Source of the DNA: Smithella sp.
GTDB lineage: Bacteria; Desulfobacterota; Syntrophia; Syntrophales; Smithellaceae
Reading direction: 5' to 3'
Assembly: GCA_035350895.1 (NCBI GenBank)
Contig: DAOPVC010000004.1
Location: 1,223-65,222, forward strand
DNA length: 64,000 nt
Shown here: positions 47,414 through 55,564 of the stretch, in pieces
How positions within the stretch are numbered: position 1 is the first letter of the stretch
Layout of the letters: each line of letters opens with the position of its first letter
Notes under the pieces: generated by a model
Databases searched by the model: none
What the model was told of the DNA's origin: nothing
What the model saw: only the letters and a program-made list of their open reading frames with translations
Translations under genes and position numbers: made by a program

Positions 47414-48482
47414 AAAAACGTTCGAAAGAATTGCCCGTCTTCAAAAAAAAATCTCCAACGGCAAAATCGACAGCCTGATCATATTCAGCATGAGCAACAT
47501 CCTTTATCTGTCCGGTTTCACCGGTTCTGAAGGCATCCTTTTCATCGGTCCCCCAAAGCCTGTTTTGTTTGTCGACGGCCGTTACACCGCTCAGGCGGAA
47601 ATGGAAACGGAAGGAATCAAAATCATAGAATGCGTCGATAAAATTGAAGCAGTGGCTCTGATGATCACGCAACGTAAATTAAAACGCATCGGGTTTGAAG
47701 CTGACGTCGCAACCTGGAACATCTACAACAAATTGAGACGTCACGCTCCTGAAAAAGAATTCATCCCCTGGACCGATGAATTAAAAATGCTTCGCGTGAT
47801 CAAAGATGAAGACGAAATCCATGTCATGAAAAAAGCGGCGGAAATTTCTTCAGCCGCCATCAAATCGGTCATCAGCATGATCAAACCCGGCTGGACGGAA
47901 AAGGAAACCGCCTGGCAGTTGGAAATCGCAGCCCGGGAAAACGGCGCCGACGGCACCGCCTTTGAAACCATTGTTGCCTCCGGTGAAAATTCTTCTCTGC
48001 CCCATGCAAAACCGTGCGAAAGAAAAATCAGGAAGGGTGATTTTGTCGTTATTGACTTTGGCGTGAGATACCAGGGCTATTGTTCGGATGAAACCTGTAC
48101 CATTGCTTTTGGGAAATTGACAGACAGGCAAAAAAATGCTTATCAAGTGGTGAAAGACGCTCATGATCGCGCTCTGGAATTACTCAGGGCGGAAATTCCC
48201 GGGGCGGCAATCGATCAACACGTCCGCAGTGTCTTCGGGAAAAAATATGTCCGATATTTTACGCATGGCACGGGACATGGTGTCGGTCTGGAAGTTCACG
48301 AGGCTCCGCGCCTGTCTTCCCTTTCAGACGACATTTTAAAACCGCGGATGATATTTACCGTCGAACCCGGATTATATATTCCGGGACGCTGGGGTGTCAG
48401 AATAGAAGATACCGTATTACTGAAAGAAAACAGTTGCGAAAAGCTGACAAAAATGGATAAAAAGCTTACCATTATAGAATAA
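47397..48482 (+). CDS. M24-family Xaa-Pro peptidase
   Basis: It has a creatinase-like N-domain and metal-ligand motifs (DFGVRYQGYCSD, HGTGHGVGLEVHE, EPGLY, RIED). Confidence 0.85.
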   Translation: MRHQDRKTFERIARLQKKISNGKIDSLIIFSMSNILYLSGFTGSEGILFIGPPKPVLFVDGRYTAQAEMETEGIKIIECVDKIEAVALMITQRKLKRIGFEADVATWNIYNKLRRHAPEKEFIPWTDELKMLRVIKDEDEIHVMKKAAEISSAAIKSVISMIKPGWTEKETAWQLEIAARENGADGTAFETIVASGENSSLPHAKPCERKIRKGDFVVIDFGVRYQGYCSDETCTIAFGKLTDRQKNAYQVVKDAHDRALELLRAEIPGAAIDQHVRSVFGKKYVRYFTHGTGHGVGLEVHEAPRLSSLSDDILKPRMIFTVEPGLYIPGRWGVRIEDTVLLKENSCEKLTKMDKKLTIIE

Positions 48483-48501
48483 AGAAAGAGGTTGTTCTAT
48501 C

Positions 48502-48897
48502 ATGAAGGATTTTCCGGAAGATATAATTTACAGTTGCGAACACATCTGGGTGAAGGTTGACGGAAATATGGCCACCATAGGCATCACCGATTACGCTCAG
48601 GAAAGATTGGGGGATATTCTTTCCGTCGAGTTTATCGAAACAGATACCTATGTGGAGCGTGATGAAACATTCGGCTCGATTGAGTCCGTGAAGGAAGTTG
48701 TGGATTTGATTTCCCCCGTCAGCGGCACGGTTGTCGTTGTCAATGAAGATATTCTTGAAGATGTCAGTATCATTAACAGAGATCCTTATGACACCGGATG
48801 GCTGGTTGTCATTGAAATGGATAACCTTGATCAACTGGAAGATCTTCTTGCCGCTTCCAATTACCATGATTTTATAGCGCAGGAAGAGAGTGAATAA
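48502..48897 (+). CDS. gcvH: Glycine cleavage system H protein / lipoyl carrier
   Basis: 131 aa with the lipoyl-lysine motif IESVKEVVDLISPVSG. Confidence 0.9.
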   Translation: MKDFPEDIIYSCEHIWVKVDGNMATIGITDYAQERLGDILSVEFIETDTYVERDETFGSIESVKEVVDLISPVSGTVVVVNEDILEDVSIINRDPYDTGWLVVIEMDNLDQLEDLLAASNYHDFIAQEESE

Positions 48898-48906
48898 TTC
48901 TTCTTT

Positions 48907-49731
48907 ATGGCCTGGAGATTTCTCGATTACCGAAGTTATAATATTTTTGAGAATATGGCCATCGACGAAGCAATTTTTCACGAAACCATAAGAAACAAAA
49001 GAGAACCCACGATAAGATTTTACGGATCAGATCCGGCGGCCGTTTCCATCGGTTTTTTTCAGGACGCGAAAAAGGATTTAAACATCGGGCAGTGCCGCCG
49101 CGACGGCATTGACATCGTACGACGGATAACAGGCGGAAGAGCGGTTTTCCATTTCAATGAGATTACGTATTCCGTAACCGCCGGCGATCAGGAAGAAGCT
49201 TTCCCCGGCGACATTTCGGGAACATACAATGTGATCAGCAAATGTCTTATTCGCGGACTTGGCGCCATGGGAATCAAGGCCTCTCTGGCGGAGGAAGACG
49301 GGAAAAGAAAAACGACGGGAATCAGTGCCTGCTGTTTCTCAACACCGACTAAAAATGAAATTCTGGTGGATGGACGTAAAATTTGCGGCAGCGCCCAGGT
49401 TAAAAGAAGGGGAGGCTTTCTCCAACACGGTTTACTGTTTTGCGATTTTAATCCGGATAGAACGGCGGCGCTGCTTCTTTCATCATGCGCTCCCGACCGG
49501 GTGGAGAAATTGAAACGATCGGTGACCGCGATAAACCATGAGCTGGCTCAGCCGATGAATGTGCGGGAAGTCTGTTCGGGATTAAGGAAAGGATTCCGTG
49601 ACGAACTGAACGTCGATCTGGAAGAAGGAACGCTGACGCCTGCGGAAGAAAGACTGAAAAAAGAATTGGTGAAAAAATACACCGATGTGGACTGGAATAT
49701 AGAACGGCAAAAATATTTTAAGGCGGTTTGA
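48907..49731 (+). CDS. Lipoate/octanoate protein ligase family protein (LplA/LipM-like)
   Basis: 274 aa with a BPL/LPL catalytic domain. The conserved lysine context is DGRKICGSAQVKRRGGFLQHG. Confidence 0.8.
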   Translation: MAWRFLDYRSYNIFENMAIDEAIFHETIRNKREPTIRFYGSDPAAVSIGFFQDAKKDLNIGQCRRDGIDIVRRITGGRAVFHFNEITYSVTAGDQEEAFPGDISGTYNVISKCLIRGLGAMGIKASLAEEDGKRKTTGISACCFSTPTKNEILVDGRKICGSAQVKRRGGFLQHGLLFCDFNPDRTAALLLSSCAPDRVEKLKRSVTAINHELAQPMNVREVCSGLRKGFRDELNVDLEEGTLTPAEERLKKELVKKYTDVDWNIERQKYFKAV

Positions 49732-49740
49732 TTTTCTACA

Positions 49741-50805
49741 ATGATAATTCGGGATTTGGTGGCAAAAGAAATATACAGACAAAGCGGCTATATCGCGCCG
49801 GATGTTAAGGTCGCAATAAAAATGGATGCCAACGAAAATCCGTTTGCCATTCAGGAACCTTTGAAAAAAAGACTGGGGGATAAATTGCGTTTGATAGATT
49901 TCAACCGTTATCCCCCCGCCGGAGTTCCCGGACTGCGTGAAAGATTCGCTAAATATTACGGGGTGAAGAAGAATATGATCATGCCGGGCAACGGCTCCGA
50001 CGAACTGATTCAGATCCTCTGCCTGGCCATGAAGGGCAGGATCAAAGGTGTCCTGGTTCCCATCCCTACCTTTTCCATGTATAAAATCATTGCCGTCAAT
50101 ACAGGCAACAAGGTCGTCGAAGTTCCCCTGGATAAGAAATTCGATCTGGATGTGGAAGCCATGACCGCCAGAATAAAAAATAATTTCCCGGCGCTGATTT
50201 TTTTAAGTTCACCCAACAGCCCCACCGGCAATCTTTTCAGCCGCGGGAGAATAGAAACCCTCATCAAAAAAACTCCCGGCGTGGTCGTCATTGACGAAGC
50301 CTACGGCGCTTTTTCCGGCCAAAGCCTGATTTCTCTGGTAAAGAAATTCGATAACGTGATTTTTCTGAAAACACTTTCCAAACTGGGAATGGCCTCCATT
50401 CGCCTGGGCTTTCTAATCGGCAATCCTGATATGATTAGCCAATTGGACAAGATCAGACTGCCGTATAATGTAAATTCTTTATCTCAGACCGCCGCCGGTT
50501 TTTTTCTGGACAATGAAGAGGAATTCTCTAAGCAAATCAAAGAGATAGTTAAAAGACGTGACGAACTTTACCGCGGTCTCACTGGGATCAGGGGGATCAA
50601 GCCCTATCCTTCCCGGGCAAATTTTATTTTTTTTAGTTGCGCTTTTGATTCCAATCGCATATACAACAAGCTCGTTGCGGAAGGGATTGCTGTAAAAAAT
50701 CTCAACTTTGCGCCACGGATGTCCGATTGCATCAGGGTAACGGTGGGCAGCAAAAAAGAAAATGAAGCCTTTCTGAAAGCGTTAAAAAACATTACTCCAG
50801 AATAA
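49741..50805 (+). CDS. hisC: Histidinol-phosphate aminotransferase
   Basis: 354 aa, class-II aminotransferase. It has the MDANENPF motif and a PLP-lysine context TLSKLGMASIRLGF. Confidence 0.85.
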   Translation: MIIRDLVAKEIYRQSGYIAPDVKVAIKMDANENPFAIQEPLKKRLGDKLRLIDFNRYPPAGVPGLRERFAKYYGVKKNMIMPGNGSDELIQILCLAMKGRIKGVLVPIPTFSMYKIIAVNTGNKVVEVPLDKKFDLDVEAMTARIKNNFPALIFLSSPNSPTGNLFSRGRIETLIKKTPGVVVIDEAYGAFSGQSLISLVKKFDNVIFLKTLSKLGMASIRLGFLIGNPDMISQLDKIRLPYNVNSLSQTAAGFFLDNEEEFSKQIKEIVKRRDELYRGLTGIRGIKPYPSRANFIFFSCAFDSNRIYNKLVAEGIAVKNLNFAPRMSDCIRVTVGSKKENEAFLKALKNITPE

Positions 50806-50836
50806 GGAGCGTGATTTAAAATCAGTTGAACATCAC

Positions 50837-50886
50837 AGGGTGGATTACGGCAGAAAAATTTTATTTTGCCGTACTGCCCTTTTTTT
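50837..50886 (+). terminator. Candidate intrinsic terminator after hisC
   Basis: An interrupted stem AGGG..TACGGCA / TGCCGTA..CCCT is followed by seven T residues. Confidence 0.5.
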
Positions 50887-51013
50887 GTAATGAGACTCAC
50901 CGAAAACAAACGCAGTGCGGTTTGAGGTGTTAGTCGAATTATCCCACTTGCGAAGCAATGTGGGATTTGGCACTGTCTAAGAACAAACGCAGCGAAGCGA
51001 AGTGGAATTCGAG
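50887..51013. repeat. Mosaic hairpin repeat element, copy C (inverted orientation; hisC-rpsU spacer)
   Basis: GTAATGAGACTC is followed by an imperfect hairpin and the linker TTAGTCGAATTATC. Next comes hairpin ATCCCAC-TTGCGAAGCAAT-GTGGGAT, then a second AACAAACGCAGCGAAGCG...GGAATTCGAG module. Confidence 0.65.
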
Positions 51014-51080
51014 ATTTATAAAATGATTTCATAATTTAAGTAAAACTACCAACAATAATGATTAACAGGGAGGATTTAAT

Positions 51081-51272
51081 TTGGAAGTAAAAGTGATTGA
51101 CAACGATGTAGAGAAGGCTTTAAAAATTTTGAAAAACAAGCTATCGAAGAGCGGTTTGTTCAAGGAGTTGAAAGTTCGCCGCGCTTATGAAAAACCATCG
51201 GTAAAACAAAAAAGAAAAACGATCGAAGCTCAGCGCCGTCTGGCCAAAGTTCAAAGACGCCGCAGATACTAA
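51081..51272 (+). CDS. rpsU: 30S ribosomal protein S21
   Basis: 63 aa and basic, ending ..RRAYEKPSVKQKRK...RRRRY. TTG start 6 nt after a GGGAGGA RBS. Confidence 0.9.
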   Translation: MEVKVIDNDVEKALKILKNKLSKSGLFKELKVRRAYEKPSVKQKRKTIEAQRRLAKVQRRRRY

Positions 51273-51331
51273 ACTGATTTCCCGGTTACCGGACCTCATG
51301 TCATCGCCGTTTGAAGGGAAGGTTTCATTTT

Positions 51332-51985
51332 ATGGATGAAAAACAGTACGTCATTGACGCTCTGTCGGTCAATGAATCATGGCGGGTTTTCCGTATTATG
51401 GCGGAATTTGTTGAGGGCATTGAAACACTTTCCAATGTCGAAAATGCCGTCACCATTTTCGGTTCCGCCAGAGTTAAGCCGGATGACATCGATTACCAGA
51501 AAGCTGAAAAACTGGCCAGACTTCTGGTTCAGGAAAAATTTAACGTCATTACCGGCGGCGGTCCGGGAATTATGGAAGCAGCCAATAAAGGCGCGGCTGA
51601 AGCCGGAGGGAAATCAGTAGGACTAAATATAAAACTTCCTTACGAACAAAAACCAAATTCATACGCAAACATTCATATTGATTACAAATATTTTTTCGTC
51701 CGCAAAGTCATGTTTGTCAAATATGCCGTCGCTTATGTCATCATGCCGGGTGGTTTCGGGACCATGGATGAGCTTTTTGAAGCCTTAACCTTGATTCAGA
51801 CAAAAAAAATTAAATCTTTTCCGCTTATCCTCATGGGCAGCCAGTACTGGGGAGGCCTGATCGACTGGCTGAAAAACAGGATGCTGGCGGAAGCAAAGAT
51901 TCTTCCCGTGGATATGGATTTAATCCAGGTCGTTGATGAACCGGAAGACGTTGTCAAGCTCATTAAGAAATACGTAATCATTTAA
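51332..51985 (+). CDS. LOG-family (TIGR00730) nucleotide phosphoribohydrolase-like protein
   Basis: It has the GGGPGIMEAAN and PGGFGTMDELFE motifs. The start is placed at ATG 51332. Confidence 0.85.
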   Translation: MDEKQYVIDALSVNESWRVFRIMAEFVEGIETLSNVENAVTIFGSARVKPDDIDYQKAEKLARLLVQEKFNVITGGGPGIMEAANKGAAEAGGKSVGLNIKLPYEQKPNSYANIHIDYKYFFVRKVMFVKYAVAYVIMPGGFGTMDELFEALTLIQTKKIKSFPLILMGSQYWGGLIDWLKNRMLAEAKILPVDMDLIQVVDEPEDVVKLIKKYVII

Positions 51986-52008
51986 ACTCCTTCAATTCTT
52001 AATACGTC

Positions 52009-53349
52009 ATGGAAAAAATCTTCACCAATCTGAAAAAGGGCCTTGTTGCGCCCTGCTATCTCCTTTACGGAGAAGAAGAATATCTCATTCATGACGCTCT
52101 GGATAAAATCCTTGCCATCATTGTTCCAGAGACCAGCCGTGATTTCAGCCTTTTTTATCTGGACGGCGAAAATACGGATATGGACAGCCTGACGGATAAT
52201 CTTCTGACGCCTTCTCTTCTCGGCGACAGGAAAGTCATTGTTGTCAAAGATTCCACGCTGTTCACCTCACGCGACGATCTCTCCAAACTCACGACCAAAA
52301 TACGGGCCAATATTGATGAGAACCCCTCCAAAGCGGCCAGATATTTTCTGACCTTCCTGAGTCTTGCCGGATTTGCCCTGGAAGATCTGTGTGGTTCCGG
52401 CTGGCAGAAAATAACCGATGAACAATGGAACAACCTCGTTAAGGGAGACGCGGGCGATGACCGCGAAAAATGGCTGCCGCGCATTCTGGAAATATGTCAG
52501 GCCGCGGGACTTACCGATTCAGCCGTCAATAAAACCGAAAAGCTGGAAGACGTTTTAAAATCGGGCCTTCCCGTGGGCAATTGTCTGATTTTTACGGCCG
52601 AGGCCGTGGATAAACGAAAAAAGATCTACAAGATTATCGCGGATACCGGCGTGGTTAAATATTTCGGTGAAGTTAAAAAAGAATACGCCCGCAAAGAAAT
52701 TCTTCAGAAAGAAGCTCAGAATATCCTGGATGGCTGCGGCAAGAAAATGTCGCCGGCGGCATGGATTGCTCTGGGTAAAAAAACAGGATTTGATTTCCGG
52801 CGTTCCGTCTCGGAGCTTGAAAAACTCATATCTTTCGTCGGAGAAAAAAATCTCATCGACAAGGATGACGTGGAAGAAGCCGTCGGTAAAACAAAAGAGG
52901 ATGAAATTTTCGCCCTGACCAACGCCCTGGGCGAAAAAAATCAACTGACCGCTCTGAATGCTCTGAAAAACCTTCTCGATCAGGGCATTCATCATTTGAT
53001 GATCGTGACGATGATTTCCAGAGAAATCCGATTGCTGATGCAGTCCCGGGCACTGGTGGATTCCGGAAAATTGCCGAAATTCAACGCCTCCATGGAATAC
53101 GGATGGTTTCAGAACGCTCTTTATCCGGCCTTCGTCAGTTTAAATGAATCCCCCGGGAAAAATGACATTCTGCTCTTCAATCAGCATCCTTTTTCCCTCT
53201 TTAACGCAATGCGCAACTGTCTGCGTTTCACGACCGACCGTTTGATTGACGCGCTGGAAGAGCTGCTCACGCTGGAGCGCCTGCTCAAGACATCAGGCTC
53301 CAACCCTCAACTGCTTCTCGAAAATTTTTTGATCAAGTTATGCGTCTGA
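52009..53349 (+). CDS. holA: DNA polymerase III delta subunit
   Basis: 446 aa. It has the N-terminal YLLYGEEEYL pattern and a delta-subunit-like helical C-terminus. Confidence 0.75.
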   Translation: MEKIFTNLKKGLVAPCYLLYGEEEYLIHDALDKILAIIVPETSRDFSLFYLDGENTDMDSLTDNLLTPSLLGDRKVIVVKDSTLFTSRDDLSKLTTKIRANIDENPSKAARYFLTFLSLAGFALEDLCGSGWQKITDEQWNNLVKGDAGDDREKWLPRILEICQAAGLTDSAVNKTEKLEDVLKSGLPVGNCLIFTAEAVDKRKKIYKIIADTGVVKYFGEVKKEYARKEILQKEAQNILDGCGKKMSPAAWIALGKKTGFDFRRSVSELEKLISFVGEKNLIDKDDVEEAVGKTKEDEIFALTNALGEKNQLTALNALKNLLDQGIHHLMIVTMISREIRLLMQSRALVDSGKLPKFNASMEYGWFQNALYPAFVSLNESPGKNDILLFNQHPFSLFNAMRNCLRFTTDRLIDALEELLTLERLLKTSGSNPQLLLENFLIKLCV

Positions 53350-53434
53350 GTTTCCAGGAAAGATTCCCTTGCCGTTATAAAAGAACCTTTTTAAAAAAAG
53401 GGCCCGCCTTCACTCAAACACTCCGAGGAATTCT

Positions 53435-54604
53435 TCAAATGGAAGGAAGGGTTTGCTGTGGCTCTCCCAGAAAGAACCGGCCACGCTCAATCCATTCTTT
53501 TAATTGGTGAGCAATCTGTCTGGCCTTGTAATAACTGGACAGAGGAGCGGTAATTATTTTTTTCCCGTCAAGGGTAATGACCCCACTGCGCAAATCTTTA
53601 TAACTTACCTCGGCCAAAGGTTTAGGACTGCCTTTGGGATAATCCATACTGTAATCGTAAATCTGGGTATAAATATCTTCATCTTTTACCGCTGTAAACA
53701 ACGCCATCTCTTCATCTAAAACGGGAATGGGAATTCCTATGCCCACAAAAAGAGACACGCCGTATCCCAGAATGCTTGCGCCCGTCAGCCATTGCGGAGA
53801 CATGTCCTTGAGGTTACCAATGACGGCAATGGTCCCGGCTCCTTCCCGGGGAACGCCGTTCGCTCCCCGCAGCACATTCGGATTATGCTGAGTACCGGGC
53901 CAGGCGACAAACCCCTGCGCTCCCCCTAAAAAGATACGCGTGCCGACGCCGATGGTTCTGTAATACGGATCGTTGAATAACGGGCTCAGCTGTCCCGATG
54001 TCGAATATGCCGCATTGGCCATTTGCGGACGAAGCATCCCCATGTATGTATAAATCGTTCTGTCGGAAAGATTAACGGCGCAATTATAGTTCTGATAAGC
54101 GTTGCGCGGATTGAACAAAACCGCGTCTCTCAAATCTTTTATCGTGATATTTCGCTCATATTTGCGCGCCGGATAACAATCCGTTCCGTAGCCCTCGGCA
54201 CGAAGTTTGACAACATTGCCGGCGACAAGATCCTCAATCACGTGACCGCCGCCGTAATTAAATTCGCCGGGATAGACACTGTTGAGCGGATCGTTTTCGG
54301 CAACTTCCGTCGCACCGATATAACAATCCACGGCGGCAATACCGCCATACGCCGCGACATCATTCAGCCATACTTTAGACGCCCGTATTTTCGGCGACGT
54401 GTGTCCGAAATTAAGAAAAGCCCCCGATGAACACATCGGGCCGAATGTTCCGGTGGTCACAACATCTATTTTCCGGGCTGCCTCGACCGCGCCGTGACGT
54501 TCTACGACATCGATCATCTCCTCTGCCGTGATGACAACAGCGCGCCCTTCTTTTATTTTCTCGTTGATTTCTTTTATTGTTTTTTTAACTTTGAATTTTT
54601 TCAT
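53435..54604 (-). CDS. DUF39/COG1900 homocysteine biosynthesis protein
   Basis: 389 aa. The family-typical N-terminus is VVITAEEM...VDVVTTGTFGPMCSSGAFLNFGH. Confidence 0.8.
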   Translation of the reverse strand: MKKFKVKKTIKEINEKIKEGRAVVITAEEMIDVVERHGAVEAARKIDVVTTGTFGPMCSSGAFLNFGHTSPKIRASKVWLNDVAAYGGIAAVDCYIGATEVAENDPLNSVYPGEFNYGGGHVIEDLVAGNVVKLRAEGYGTDCYPARKYERNITIKDLRDAVLFNPRNAYQNYNCAVNLSDRTIYTYMGMLRPQMANAAYSTSGQLSPLFNDPYYRTIGVGTRIFLGGAQGFVAWPGTQHNPNVLRGANGVPREGAGTIAVIGNLKDMSPQWLTGASILGYGVSLFVGIGIPIPVLDEEMALFTAVKDEDIYTQIYDYSMDYPKGSPKPLAEVSYKDLRSGVITLDGKKIITAPLSSYYKARQIAHQLKEWIERGRFFLGEPQQTLPSI

Positions 54605-54672
54605 ATTTCAATTTTATAAATCCAGATAGCATTATCTGTAATTTATACCACTGTTTGCCGGCAATTGCAAAA

Positions 54673-54746
54673 GTAATGAGACTCAAAATTCAGGAGTATC
54701 GTGAACTGAATTTTGTAAATCGAATTATCCAAAGCCCTGGCTTGGA
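54673..54746. repeat. Mosaic hairpin repeat element, copy D (inverted orientation; dut-DUF39 spacer)
   Basis: GTAATGAGACTC is followed by hairpin CAAAATTCAG-12nt-CTGAATTTTG and the linker TAAATCGAATTATC. Next comes hairpin CCAAAGCC-CT-GGCTTGG. Confidence 0.65.
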
Positions 54747-54763
54747 CTATTAGAAACTGATTT

Positions 54764-55219
54764 TCAGGTATGACCGAATCCCCCCGCTCCCCTAGAAGTA
54801 TTTTCCAACACCGATGTTTCTATCCAATCCACCCGGCAAATCTTCTGAACCACCATTTGCGCCAGACGCATGCCTCTTTTGATGACAAACGGCTCCTGGC
54901 CATGATTAATCACAATTAATCCGATTTCGCCCCGGTAATCGGCGTCAATGGTGCCCGGAGAATTCAGCAGGGTTATTCCGTTTTTAAGGGACAGACCGCT
55001 GCGCGGCCTGATTTGCGCCTCATATCCTTCCGGCAGTGCAATGGCGATACCTGTCGCGATTTTTTCTCTCCGGCCGGGCAAAATAATGACCTCCTCGGGC
55101 ACGGCGGCAAAAATGTCCATGCCCGCGGCCTGATCCGTCATGTATTGAGGAAGCTCAATATCATCCGTTCCGGGAAATTTCTGAATGCAGACTTTTATTT
55201 TTTCCATTTTTTCAGCCAA
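54764..55219 (-). CDS. dut: dUTP diphosphatase
   Basis: 151 aa with IRPRSGLS, GTIDADYRGE and RGAGGFGHT motifs. Confidence 0.93.
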   Translation of the reverse strand: MAEKMEKIKVCIQKFPGTDDIELPQYMTDQAAGMDIFAAVPEEVIILPGRREKIATGIAIALPEGYEAQIRPRSGLSLKNGITLLNSPGTIDADYRGEIGLIVINHGQEPFVIKRGMRLAQMVVQKICRVDWIETSVLENTSRGAGGFGHT

Positions 55220-55258
55220 AAATATTTACCTTGAAAGACGGGTAATCCTTGATGAAGA

Positions 55259-55301
55259 AAACCGTTCCGTATTCAAAAAGCAAATGAATGCGGAACGGTT
55301 T
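55259..55301 (-). terminator. Candidate intrinsic terminator downstream of pnp
   Basis: An 11-bp outer stem AAACCGTTCCG/CGGAACGGTTT encloses an inner ATTCA/TGAAT stem. On the minus strand the hairpin is followed by TTTTCTTC. Confidence 0.5.
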
Positions 55302-55325
55302 GTCAAATACTCTTAGCGAGTGTCA

Positions 55326-55555
55326 AATCCCCATTCGCTTCGCTCAGGGGATAGTTTCCAATTCCGATTAATCGGGAATTGGATAGTTCAACGTACTCTT
55401 CAGACTTCGCAACGCTCGTCTTTAGAGAGTCTCTCTACCACTAACGTCTTCATGAGCCTTGTTTTTCCGAGTATTACGCATTCGGAAAAACTTAGAGCGA
55501 ATTATCCCGCCACCTTTCAGGTGGCTGGGACTAGCTTCGCTACGCTCGCTCTCGA
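55326..55555. repeat. Composite mosaic hairpin repeat element, copy E (pnp-dut spacer)
   Basis: Five hairpins in mixed orientation are separated by family linkers: GGATAGTTTCCAAT, GGATAGTTCAAC, GAGTCTCTCTACCACTAAC and GAGCGAATTATC. The block is bracketed by the 9-bp direct repeat CGAGTGTCA at 55317-55325 and 55556-55564. Confidence 0.65.
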
Positions 55556-55564
55556 CGAGTGTCA

